A stretch of 64,000 nt of DNA from Ascidiella aspersa (Eukaryota). Position numbers and translations under genes: made by a program. The stretch covers positions 3,348,001-3,412,000 of the forward strand of contig OZ004612.1 of the NCBI GenBank assembly GCA_963924565.1, in the 5' to 3' direction. Of the stretch, positions 53,210-64,000 are shown in pieces; positions within the stretch are counted from its first letter, which is position 1; each line of letters starts with the position of its first letter. The notes under the pieces are model-generated. The model saw only the letters and a list, made by a program, of their open reading frames with translations, did no database searches and was not told the origin of the DNA.

Positions 53210-53500
53210 TACCATTTTTCAGCTGTTTTTCTTATCATTTAGAAATTAATTACTATACTGTTGCCACTAAGCATAATCTAATTTAAGAAGCAGCTCCTTT
53301 GGTAAATATATTTATTCACCCTACATAAAGCGACCAGTATATTTTTAATTGAGTTTTTGCGACCATTGACACTTTACCTAGTTACCATTTGCCGGCTGTT
53401 TTTCTTACATTTTTCAATTAATTACAATTCACTATTGCTATTTAAACTGTTGCTATAACGGGTATAACATTATTAAAAACAGCTCCTCTGGTGCTTATAT
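53210..53500 (+). repeat. Diverged tandem duplication (~173-bp period)
   Basis: TACCATTT..GCTGTTTTTCTTA..AATTAATTAC..CAGCTCCT.TGGT occurs twice. Confidence 0.7.
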
Positions 53501-54197
53501 TTTCGACGTCATTAACGTTGTATAAGACGACTTGTATAGGCGGCTAAAACTTCGAAAAAGAAATATACTTGACAGAGGATCTAGGATTAATATTTTTGCC
53601 GGTTGTTGGTGCTTATAGCAACTTGCGCAATTCCAAGCAAGCTGTTTAAAAGTATAAGTTCCTAAACTGGTTAGCCTACTGCTAATTTTCAGATTGAAGG
53701 CTTAACAAGTGTATGCGCTGTGAGAAGCGCGATAACTCGGTTTTACACAAGGCGTTTAATCAATGTGAAAGCAGAATAGTCTAGCAAAGCTAGCAATTCA
53801 GGTCAGACAGCTTTGAACGTTCTTAAAACATATATCTGTATATTTCGCTAGCAAATGCCTCGTCTTAATTCACAAAAAGAAATTTGAATCATTCAAGGTG
53901 ATTGGCAATATACCATATATTCAGTGTCCCATTACACCAATGTGATTCGATTTTTCTTTCTATAAAATGATCTTAAGAGTCCTTTCAAAGATGTCATAAA
54001 AGATTTTTTAGCGCTAAGATGAGTAATGATAGCGTACATTAAAGCATCACATTCTTCGTGTTTTTTATTATTAATTTCGTTATCCCTTTAAAAATAAATT
54101 CAATCTTTCTCATTGTGAACTCTCTTTTTGCAGATTTCGAAGTTAATTTGGCATAAATCTCCAAAAAGACACAAATAAAATGCAGATTATAGTGTTT

Positions 54198-56061
54198 TCA
54201 TTTTTGCACCAAAGGAGTTTCAGGAGTACATGGATACAGATATCCATCTTTATCAACGTCTAGTCTCTTGTTCTTCGACGAAATAAAACAAACCAAAAAC
54301 GTACAAAACAAAAGCAAAGAGCGTTGAAACACTAGAACATAAATTTTGCCATACTTATTAAAGATCATTCTGCAAACAGACCCATTAACATTGCGAAAAC
54401 CGATTGTATTCCACCCATCCAAGCATTTACGAAGGTTTCGTCGATTGGGTCTGTTGCGTTATGACCTCCATCGCTATAACAGCTGTAAGGCCGGTGGACA
54501 TTCCGAAAAGGGCATTAGTTACGAACACAGCGACTGTTGCATTTACGTAAACGCTAAGTACTAACCCAACTGTAGAAAGTGAATTCAGTGAAAGACTAAT
54601 TATTTTTTTTTTATTGATTTAACGACAATCAGGTGGCAGTCTTACGACTGAAGAAAACCTTTTGTCGCGACACCAATTACAGCGAGTAACAAACAATTTT
54701 AAGGAACAACACGTAATAAATTAATACTGGAAACTGGAAAGAATTTGCATCAAGATCTACGAGAAGCTAACAAAAAGTCATGTACAGCGTTAAATAAAAT
54801 GAGAGATTCAGAGCAAATTAAATCAGGATGTCCAAACAGAATGTAATTCAACAAAGTAGCATTAGACAAGGAAAACAACGCAGTCGGTGACATTACAGAA
54901 TTATCGACAAACAGAGAACAAATTGCGCTCATTAAAACGGACCTTTCGGCGGTTAATAGTGGACACTCAAAAAACAAATGTATTGGAGTTTCAGAAGCTC
55001 CGCAAATACAAGTACGAAACGTATATGTTATATTCAGTGGACTCCAGTTTTCATATTTCCCTTCTGATATGTTATATTCAGTGGACAAGCTTTCCCGAAA
55101 GCACCAACCCAAGTATGCAACCCAATGACCAGGCAGTCATAATAATACCACTTAACATATCAGAAGGGAAATATGAAAACTGACTCAAATCCAAACTATG
55201 GATTATCTCTGACATCATGAGGGTTTCAAGAATTGCGACTTGAAAGCTGATGCAAAGTAGAAATAGCATAACTAGAAACGAACAATTAGTAAACAAAGAT
55301 TTGGTTTCTTTAAAAAACATTTGTCTTGTTTTAGTCACTTTGATGTTGTTATCCTTCATTTCTTGCGCTCTTGTGGGGGCTGTTGGGGGTTTGTCAGTCA
55401 TAAACACGAAAAACAACAACCCTACAATGCCAGAAATAGCTAAACATGTTCCGTACATTATCTGTAAGTTTTGTCGACCGTGATCCATTTCAAGTTTACT
55501 CGGGTTATATGCAGAGCTGTTGGTTCCAAATTCAGTTAAATACAGAAGACTTGAAGGTAGCAAATAGCCTGTCATATCACCACAGATGAGCTCAACTACG
55601 TTGATAGAAATTGCAGTTCCAACTTGATTTTCAGGGAACCACAGCGCAGCAAATGTAGAAGGGGAACCGATAGTTATAGTCCCTAAAAAACCCAAGAAAG
55701 ACTGTCCGATAAATATGAGTGATATCAGCGAAGGATGTGCTAGCGATGCTGTTATAAAAGACATTCCTAAAGTGCTTAATAATGCCACAACCAACAACAT
55801 TCTTCTGAGCTGCAGTGGTCCTTTAAATATGAACCATACCAAGGGTATGGTGAATATTGCGGTGCTGAAATTTCTTCCGATTGTAATCCAATCAACCACC
55901 GAGTATTCCACGTTGAAATATTGCGAGTAAAAGTTGCTGATTTCTCCAAAACCAGCGAAAGAAATGCCGCTGACAATCTGGTAAAACACAAGCCCGGCAA
56001 GAAAGACCCACCTTCTTGCGTAAAGTGTTCTTTCTTTTTTGTCCCCAGGAACTTTTTCCAT
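54198..56061 (-). pseudogene. Intronless FLVCR/SLC49-like MFS transporter pseudogene
   Basis: ORF from MEKV (ATG 56061) has LYARRWVFL, VVDWIT, IGQSFLG, FAALWFPENQVGTAISI and FMTDKPPTAPTRAQE motifs typical of FLVCR/DIRC2. Premature TGA at 55078 and LINE insertion at about 54603-55020. The C-terminal half resumes at about 54600 (ISLSLNSLSTVGLVL..MEVITQQT/PIDETF../SVCRMIFNKYG..KNKRL..TPLVQK*) with frameshifts near 54448 and 54381. Confidence 0.85.
54603..55020 (-). mobile_element. 5'-truncated non-LTR retrotransposon (CR1/L2-group-like LINE 3' end)
   Basis: ORF2 C-terminus with CCHC knuckle CICGASETPIHLFFECP and ..ILFG..VHDFLLASRRS* (stop 54750), about 135-nt 3'UTR, and AATAAA merged into an A10 tail (T-run 54603-54612). 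Confidence 0.8.
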
Positions 56062-57757
56062 GTTTAGATTTAAGCGCAGCGCACTACAAACTATATTGAA
56101 GAAACCTGCTCGATAAACAAAGCTCGCTTTATAGTGCAAATATATAAAATAGACCACCCCAGTGCCACCGACTATTTATCTCGCGGCTCACACTTAACGA
56201 CAATTTATGTTACGGAGCACAAATATTTTGCGGACCAAAATGTATCACAAAGAACACAGGCGATTTATTTAAAAGGATACTCTGCTAATACTCTCCTACA
56301 ATTGCTCTTCTGGCTTCTTATGTGCAGAAATATTTGTAATGTGCAGAAATAATTTCAGGTATGCTTGCATGGCGCTCTTGACTTTCATAATACCGCAGAT
56401 TCGCAAGGGCAAATATAGTTGTGCCGAAATTACAATGCTACAGATTAATGAAGACTGCTTCCCTTCTTAACCGCAGTTTTTTGTCAGGAGTGGAAGTTTA
56501 CGAATTACTCTCTGCTGAAAGACGAGAACGCTAAACGTTGAATGCTGTACGTTCGCCGAACCATTTTTGCACAACTGTTTAAGTCACTTCCAAAGTCGCA
56601 CTGATCAGCAAAACGTCACGCTAATACTAGTCGGGTGAATTTATTTTCATATCAACACACTTGTAATCGAGACGAATAACAATATACAGGCCGCTCCAAT
56701 ATTCAATTTTTGTCACGTCGTTGTATCAGTGTTATTATAATGACGAAAAGATACACTTTGTAAGAAGGATAAATGTAAATTAATCAAGTTAATACAAAGA
56801 TATACAATCAAGTTAAAACAATTCCTCACGTTGAAATGTACAAGTTAAAATATAATGCGTAGAAAATAAAAATACCATCAACTGCTCTTTGAAAATACAT
56901 TTGTTTTCGAAATTAAAAAAACCCTCAAAACTTGCAAATTTTAGGAAGTATAACTACAAATAACATCCACTAAAGTACAAATAACACTTTTATGTTATAA
57001 AAAACAAGCAAATAAAAAAGATCACTGTGATGAATTTCTCTTGGTTAAGTTTAACATAAAATATAAATATTAAAACGTGTGTTCAAACACCAAATAAGGT
57101 ATTTCTTGGCCTGAAAGAAGATTTGTGTAAAAAAATTTTACATTTTTTTTGTTTGTTTTATGAGAAATCGCAAATAGTTTCTATAGTTTTATTATAAAAA
57201 TGACTTTCTGAGCAATATTTCGAATTCCAGATCTAAAACAAAGCAATTAACATTTCTGAATTTATTAATTGACTTAAGTAAACCCAATACTAAAACGTAC
57301 GCATTAAAGCATCTAAATTTAAGTCAAGTAATCTGTGACAATTTAAGTCATTTAAAACCAGTAACTTAAATGCCTCAAATTATTCTATCACTGTTGTTTC
57401 GTGATTATAGTGAATAGCAAAGGTATTGACTATAGCGACCTTTAGCGTATTTCAGCATACTGAAAAAGAAATACAGCCAACAACGGTACCATGGTTATTT
57501 CTCCAACAGTTCCCTATAAACCAGCCCAGTTCCAGCTGTAGAGTGTAAAGAATAAAACTCTTTAAAAACCCGAGTGAAACCAGGATCACGCATTTTTAAA
57601 GGACTATATATTTCGCTTACACTGAAATCGTCAGTTCCTTACTTTGAAAGAGTTTTGTTGTTTATATACTCGGAAACAGTGATCTACAGCGGAACAGTGA
57701 TAGACAAGTAGAAACCTGCTGCCAATGGTTTTGGATAGTATAGAATTTTCCACCTAT

Positions 57758-57924
57758 TTACTCGGTAGCCAGAGATGGGAAGGTTTTTGACAATTCCTTT
57801 GTGACGCAACGCATCACGCCGCCGTCTATGACGCAATAAACGACGAAGATGAAGAATCCTTGCAGCCCGTTAACGATCACGTGGGTGTACATAGAGGCCA
57901 GAATGAACGTTGGTGAACCGATAC
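57758..57924 (-). CDS. Adhesion GPCR last coding exon: TM7 and short C-tail
   Basis: actttcag|GT (phase 1). Translates GIGSPTFILASMYTHVIVNGLQGFFIFVVYCVIDGGVMRCVTKELSKTFPSLATE*. NGLQGFFIF is the canonical TM7 motif. Missed by the ORF track. Confidence 0.9.
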
Positions 57925-59317
57925 CTGAAAGTTAAGAAAGTTTAATCGCAACATGCAAAAAAACACGCTTTTTGCAACACAATATTGTTGGAGATTTCAA
58001 GTATGATTTATTTCAAGAAAAAAGCATTTCACGTTTGGAAAGCGTATCTTGAAATTTTAGATAAGGGTTCATTTCAGGACAATTGATTCAAAATTGAACT
58101 CTGTATAACTGTTAATCTTAATCGCAGTGTTTCTAAAGAAGGTTTAAGGCAATGATTCCGAATATTTTCTGGCTTACGCCCCCTAGAAATTAGTTTGCAG
58201 CACCCCTAACTAGCGTTTTGCCTTATTATTTCCTCGCAACTTTTTTTTCTTTGCTAAATCAAACTTATATATTGCTAAAATAGATAGGGTCAGTCTCTTT
58301 GTATAACCACTTGTGGTTCAAGGCTGATCCTTCCCCAAATCCGGAACGTTATTTACTTTTCTATTTGTGTGTGTATTGTAATAAGCGTGGATGGGGACAA
58401 AAATAAACTTGAAACTTGAAAATTAAGTGGATTACTGTAATGTCACAATAAACCAAATTGAAAAATAAATCATTTATACACAAAGTAGGAAATCATTGTT
58501 TGGTTTATTGTACTACATTTGTATCAAAAGGTTTTCCAATCGGGAAAAGATTAGCCAGTTAAAAAATCCCAGGTATTTTACGCGGCACTCTTTGGCAGTA
58601 GAAATGGCACACTGGTGGGTTACTCGTTTAACTACTCGTTTACGGTGTGCGCTTAAATCCTTTTTTAAGATAATTTTACGATATATTTATCATCAGCCAT
58701 CGTCTCATTAATTTAAACCCTGAGTTGTTTATTAAACAGTTTTTTTTGGTTTAAACCTTGTATCCCTCCATTATTATTACGTAAAGGCAAAAAGGGTAAT
58801 AGGCAAAATTTTTGAGACGCACTGACATAGAACCAAGTATACTAAAAACAGCGTGGAGGGTTATGATACATGAAGAGGTAATAAAAACAGATTAATGATT
58901 CAAAGCATAACAGGAATCTTGCTTGCTCATGTTAGGTTGGTTGGACCATTTTTTCCCAGGAAAGATTAAATATTCTACATGTAAATCGATTTTATACCAA
59001 ACATAATAACAGCCGTTCACATGCACCAACCATTCCAATCTATCATCCATTATGATAAAGCCAGGATTGATTTGTAATCGGTATTTGGCTATGTAAAATT
59101 GAATGTTTGTAAATATAGCTCTCGTCCGTTAACATTAAATAAGAAAAAATACGCCGCATAACTTTACCCGTTTGAATGAATGTTATCATAGTTAAGTCAG
59201 TGATTCATGTAAATTGCAAAGTAAAATATACTTTTCCATCAAATTTGCGTTATAAATCTCTAATAAATATTAGAGCACTCCTTAATTTAAGCAAACGACA
59301 AAAAATTGCCAACTAAC

Positions 59318-59605
59318 CGACAAAAAATCCAAGAAACAATGGAATTCCAAGCACTGGAAGCAGGATTAGGACAAGCTTCAGAGTTGCCTGTGCCTCTTCC
59401 GCCATCTTCCGCATCTCTTGGTCATATGGATCAGGATTGCTGGGAGCCGGAACGCTCCTCCTCAGTCGGATCGTAATACAAGCAACTCGAACCAGGATGA
59501 AGAGGTTGATGAAGGCCACCAAGCAAACTGGGATCACTATCGACCAGATGAATGTAGGGCTCGTAGGGTCCATCCAGCATCTGTCGTGCTGGTAGCTTGT
59601 AGTCT
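59318..59605 (-). CDS. Adhesion GPCR exon: ECL2, TM5-TM6
   Basis: ccacag|AG to G|GTTAGT. Translation DRCWMD..FIWSIVIPVCLVAFINLFIL..LKLVLILLPVLGI. Confidence 0.92.
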
Positions 59606-60280
59606 CTGTGGTAGAAGTTTGAAAAAAGTTTGACGGTTGTTGTCTTAATAAGGATAACTGAAATATTTTATTTTTTATTTAATATTAGAATACAGAGGTA
59701 CAAGTTAAAATTGATTTAACATGTGTTAGATAGTGATATGTTATGGATTTGTGATACAATTTTCTTCCGATATGAATAGCCGTTATAGCAGAAACGTTCT
59801 AACTTCCATTTATGTCACAATGTTTTTGTTATCTCTCAAACAAAAACATTGTGACATAAAATGGAAGTTAGAACGCTATCGGGGAAATACATGTTATCAG
59901 GGGGAATACATGTTATCATTATTCCGTTACCAATAGTAACATATTTTGCAAATCGCAATGTTGTCTGTTGCAATGAATCATTCTCATTTTTTTTAATAGT
60001 TTGACTTGACTTTAGTCGTTTATGTTTTGATTTTTTGATTCAATGTATTTTTTAATAAAATCGCTCATTTTAATGATGTGCCCTTAAAACAGTTTTTTTG
60101 TTTTGTTATCGTTTTTGGTATCATCTTTCATAATTTTGACCAGAATCAAATGAGCCAAAATGTTCAACAATTACTCGTATTCTTGGTAACTTTAGGACGT
60201 CAAACTTCTGCTATTTTGAAATTGACTTGACTTAAGCCATTTTAAAAAGACTTACTTACAACAACTGCTTATTAACTTAC

Positions 60281-60490
60281 CAATACCGAGCTGTTGTACT
60301 TTGGAAAGTGCCAGGTACGAATCGGTGTAATAACCCGAGATCGCCGCAGCTAACGTGATCAACCCGGGGATTACCCAGCCGGTGAATACCCGAAGAATGT
60401 TACGCTTCAGTGACTTCATGTTTGTGTAATGCAGGGCCTGGTCCGAAGTCTTGATGGCTAAAGTAACACCTTCAATAAGCATCCAGAACA
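60281..60490 (-). CDS. Adhesion GPCR exon: end of TM3-TM4
   Basis: ttttcag|TG to G|GTAAGT. FWMLIEG and GWVIP are secretin/adhesion-class motifs. Confidence 0.92.
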
Positions 60491-61154
60491 CTGAAAATTA
60501 AAAACAAATTGTTAAACGTTTGCTACGTTTGGAACATTACACGGTTTTATTCATTTGTTTAAATTTTAACAAATGTGTTAGAGCTGTAGCGTTTAAATGA
60601 AATCGACATACTTCTGTTTTGCAGTTTTAGATTTTAACTGATAATTATAAGTTATAAACGAAACGCCTAAAACAAAAATATATGTTGGTTAAGTTTTAGA
60701 TTTTGTATTTTTTTTAATTTGCTGCGTTGTGACGTCATAAGCTAAACTAGATTGACATCTTGCTTGTGATTGTGTCTAGTTTAAAATGTCAAAAATGCTT
60801 TCGTAAGCAAATAAACTCGCTTAAAGAAGGTTAACTAAAGTAGGGCGTAGAAACATGTTGGTATTAACGAAGGTTTGATATTTATAAAAGTTTATAAGTT
60901 TTAATGACAGAAGTTAAACTGGCTACATCATGTTTATGATTTCAGGTTGTTACACGTTCACACACCCCCGAAAACGTTTCAATTCTCCGAAAAAACAATA
61001 AGGCCTACAAAGGATTTTTAGCCTTATGAAAGAAGCACGAAGGTGGGACAATATTATACTCACTGAAAAGAAGTGGATACCTGCGTCAAAATTAACTCAT
61101 TGAAAGTAATTGCACACAAGTTAAGATCCGCTGTAAAATTAAATAAGTACTTAC

Positions 61155-61386
61155 TTGAAGTGAGTAAAAAGTACTGAAGCGTGACGGCCACTGGAAAGCA
61201 AAGCTCAGGCACGTACAGCGCCACCTCGTGTGCGATGTTGGCGGAGTGGAAGAGGCACAAGGAGAAGGAGAGGTTGATCTGGACGAACGTCCGGTCGTTG
61301 TGCAGCTGCTTCCTCACAGTTATGAGAATGAAGAAGGTGATGAGAAGAAAGAATATGGACACTCCCTCCATCACAAAAGACAGGAT
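61155..61386 (-). CDS. Adhesion GPCR exon: TM1-TM3
   Basis: tttcag|ATC (phase 0) to A|GTAAGT (phase 1). Translation ILSFVMEGVSIFFLLITF..RTFVQINLSFSL..LCFPVAVTLQYFLLTS. Confidence 0.92.
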
Positions 61387-61837
61387 CTGAAATTTAGCAT
61401 TGGAGGTTTTTTTACTACATGTCGGCAACCTTGGAACAGAAGAGTCCTTTGGTCTTGTTTTTAACTAACCAAAGCGTCCTCTGAGCCAACTAACTAACTT
61501 ATCGTAGGATCTAATTTTGTTTAAAACACTTACAGTAACTATTAAGATGTAGTTTAACCCATGTTACAGTTGAACATTAAGCTTTAACACTTTATAATGG
61601 AGGTCAGTACTGGGAAACATAGCTTATTGGAACAACGTCATATACAAACACAAACATCTGATTTTGTTTTCATGTAAACTCGCTGTCTGCGATTTACGGA
61701 AGCCAAAACTCGCATGTTGGTTTCTAACCACTGCAGTAGAGTCACATTACATATTCTGGGAAACCGTTGTAATATAAGAAGGGATCAAACCTAACGGAAA
61801 TATATCGTAAGGTCTGTATCATTTGTCACTGGTTCAC

Positions 61838-62328
61838 CAGTGTTCTAAACAAGTGATTTGAAATGACTTAAGTCGCAGTCAAGTCATTTATAAGATTGCT
61901 TTAGTCCAAATCAAGTATTTTTTCAGTAAATAACAAGTCAAGTCCAAGTCATCAGTTGGCCAAGTCAAGTCATAATTATAGAGCAAGTCAACTGTAATTC
62001 AAGTCCTTAAAAATGAACGTTAAACTATTAGAATTGGTAAACTCATTCGCTTATAAGTATGACATATAACTAACCTTAACTACTTAATCAAAGTATTCTT
62101 TCGAATAACAAAATCTGCCTGAATCCGTATGGTGAAAACAAACGATTCTGGTTGCACATCAATGATAAAGATTAAACCGAAAATTTTCGGTTAACTAAGT
62201 TTTGTACTTAGTTTAATTCTTAACTACTTAATTAATGAAATTACTTTATTTTAAAACAAGTCATTTGTCCAAAACACTTAAGTCAAGTCACGTCATTTAA
62301 AAACAGTGACTTAAGTAATTTAAACACT
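61838..62328 (+). mobile_element. Repeat family B (AAGTCA-reiterating MITE-like element), most complete copy
   Basis: Starts CAGTGTTCTAAA, ends TTTAAACACT, with many AAGTCA/GACTTAAGTC motifs. Internal sequence matches the reverse complement of about 47250-47400. Confidence 0.65.
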
Positions 62329-62375
62329 TAGGTTCACAGAGCAATAAAACAAGTACAAGCTTATGATTCACACAC

Positions 62376-62989
62376 CTTAACATGATAAGGAACAGTTAGC
62401 GTTTCGACGGCCAGCAGGACGCTGAAGGCGGTCGTGTGATCGCACTCGCATCGGACCTCCGTCTTCAATTCGCTCTTCTTCCATTGGCATCCCTCATCAG
62501 AGAGACCTGTTTTTGTGAGGAAAACGCACTTCCAGGAGAGCTCGGTGAAGACAACTTGACCTCCGTCCGCCTCGGATTGGTAGAGGGGCAAGACCTCGTC
62601 TTGGAACGTGGTTTCGTTTGTTATGTCGAAGGAAAACTGAACAGGGGCGCTGATTATTTCACCGGCAGCATTTGTGAGGTCTATGAGCGCAAATAGGGCC
62701 GACTTCAAAGGAAAGTGGTCGACTTTCGTGATTTTTGTGAGCGATTCGTGATTTTGATACTCAAGGAAATCGAGGATAGATTCCGGCATTTCAAAGACAG
62801 AGAGAAAAGCTTGATGCCATAGAAAACTTCCAATTGCTTCGAAAGAAATTCCATCGTTCCGTGGTAAGTCATGACCCAGTATGTTTGTCGTTGGGTTAGA
62901 GTTAGGGCTATGTATTGCATTAGCGGAATATAAGTTCACGAGTTCAAAGACTTCATTCAGCAGTGCTGTGGTGTTAGGTTGAACACTTC
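62376..62989 (-). CDS. Adhesion GPCR exon: GAIN domain with GPS motif
   Basis: Acceptor ccccag|GA and donor AAG|GTGTGT. Translation contains CVFL..LSDEGC..VRCECDHTTAFSVLL (GPS). Upstream exons were not identified and probably lie beyond the window. Confidence 0.88.
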
Positions 62990-64000
62990 CTGGGGTGGCA
63001 CAAGATTGATGTTTTTAATATGGCATTAGGGACCTTGTAGTAATCTATACCTTTGTCCAAACCAAGTTCCTTTTATTGTGTTGAACATGTTTAGATTTTA
63101 AGGTATTTGTGGTTCAGTTAAATCGTTTAATAATAAAAACAATCTTAATAATTTATAATATTGGCTAATTTCGACGTAGAAACGTATTAAAACGAAAAAC
63201 TACAACGTATTGTAAAACTAACACAATTGTTATTTTCTCACAAGCTCGAACGTAAAACAAAGCAATTCGTAACACGTAATTTAGATTTAAAACAAAAGTC
63301 AACTTACCCAAAGCAGCTAATCTGAATACAAAGACCATCAAACGGGAGAAAGGCATTACTCTACATAAACTTTACGACTAAACGTTTAGCAATGATCAAA
63401 ATACAGCGGTTATTTCGTTTGTATCATTTTGCCCTACTTCAAGTGCTCCGCAACATTTTTCACTTTAGGCTCACTGACAGAGTTAAAATAACAATATATA
63501 TGTCATTCGACAAGTGACTCACGAGTATATAAAGACGCATTTTACAATTAAATGCTTCGAAGATAATCGGTGTTACATGTAATCTTACAAAATTGTTTAA
63601 CATGCAAATATTAGGATATATAACCCAATTTAACAAACTTAAATTAATCAGTTCACGTTTGATTGATATGAACCATGTCTTTGATTTGCTTTTTCAATTT
63701 TCTTAATTTTCAGATAAATCATTTTCACAACGAATCTTAATATTTTTTTTTATCGAATCTTAATAAATCTAATATTATAAAACTATTGCAGTCGGCGACC
63801 AAACCAAATTAAACAAGCGACCCTTAGAACGTTGGTTAACAATTACAATTACCAGAGGAGCTGTTTTTGATTTATGTTACCATGCCTTTAGCAACAGTTT
63901 ATATAAGCGACCCTTAGGTTGAGGAACACTGCCTTAAGTCAACAATACTGCTGAGTTACCCAAATATATATGCTGATGAAATGTTGGGCTGAGCTAGAAA

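Noticed and set aside
54750-55112. 120-aa ORF as an independent gene
   Set aside because: Chimera of host junction sequence and the LINE ORF2 C-terminus.

Overview
AT-rich metazoan genomic DNA with GT-AG introns and many MITEs. It is most consistent with a tunicate/ascidian-like invertebrate chordate, which is an inference only. Three protein-coding loci are present, all on the minus strand. (1) A spliced gene (about 27.1 kb down to <5 kb) encodes a PHLDA/TDAG51-type PH domain joined across a 20.6-kb intron to a PDZ domain, an architecture not found in the PH-only vertebrate PHLDA1-3 proteins. (2) An intronless FLVCR/SLC49-like MFS transporter pseudogene (54.2-56.1 kb) is split by a 5'-truncated LINE and carries frameshifts. 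(3) The 3' five exons of an adhesion GPCR (GAIN/GPS + 7TM) lie at 57.8-63.0 kb. Non-coding highlights are a TSD-flanked 160-bp inverted repeat carrying a minimal Penelope-type hammerhead ribozyme on each strand (7.26-7.6 kb, inside the large intron) and a second, decayed hammerhead-bearing foldback (50.95-51.77 kb). The window also has about 10 copies of a palindromic MITE restricted to 8-34 kb, a second repeat family restricted to 47-62 kb, several local tandem duplications, and CpG-rich patches with palindromic CRE and C/EBP sites. All calls were made by eye; no database search was run.
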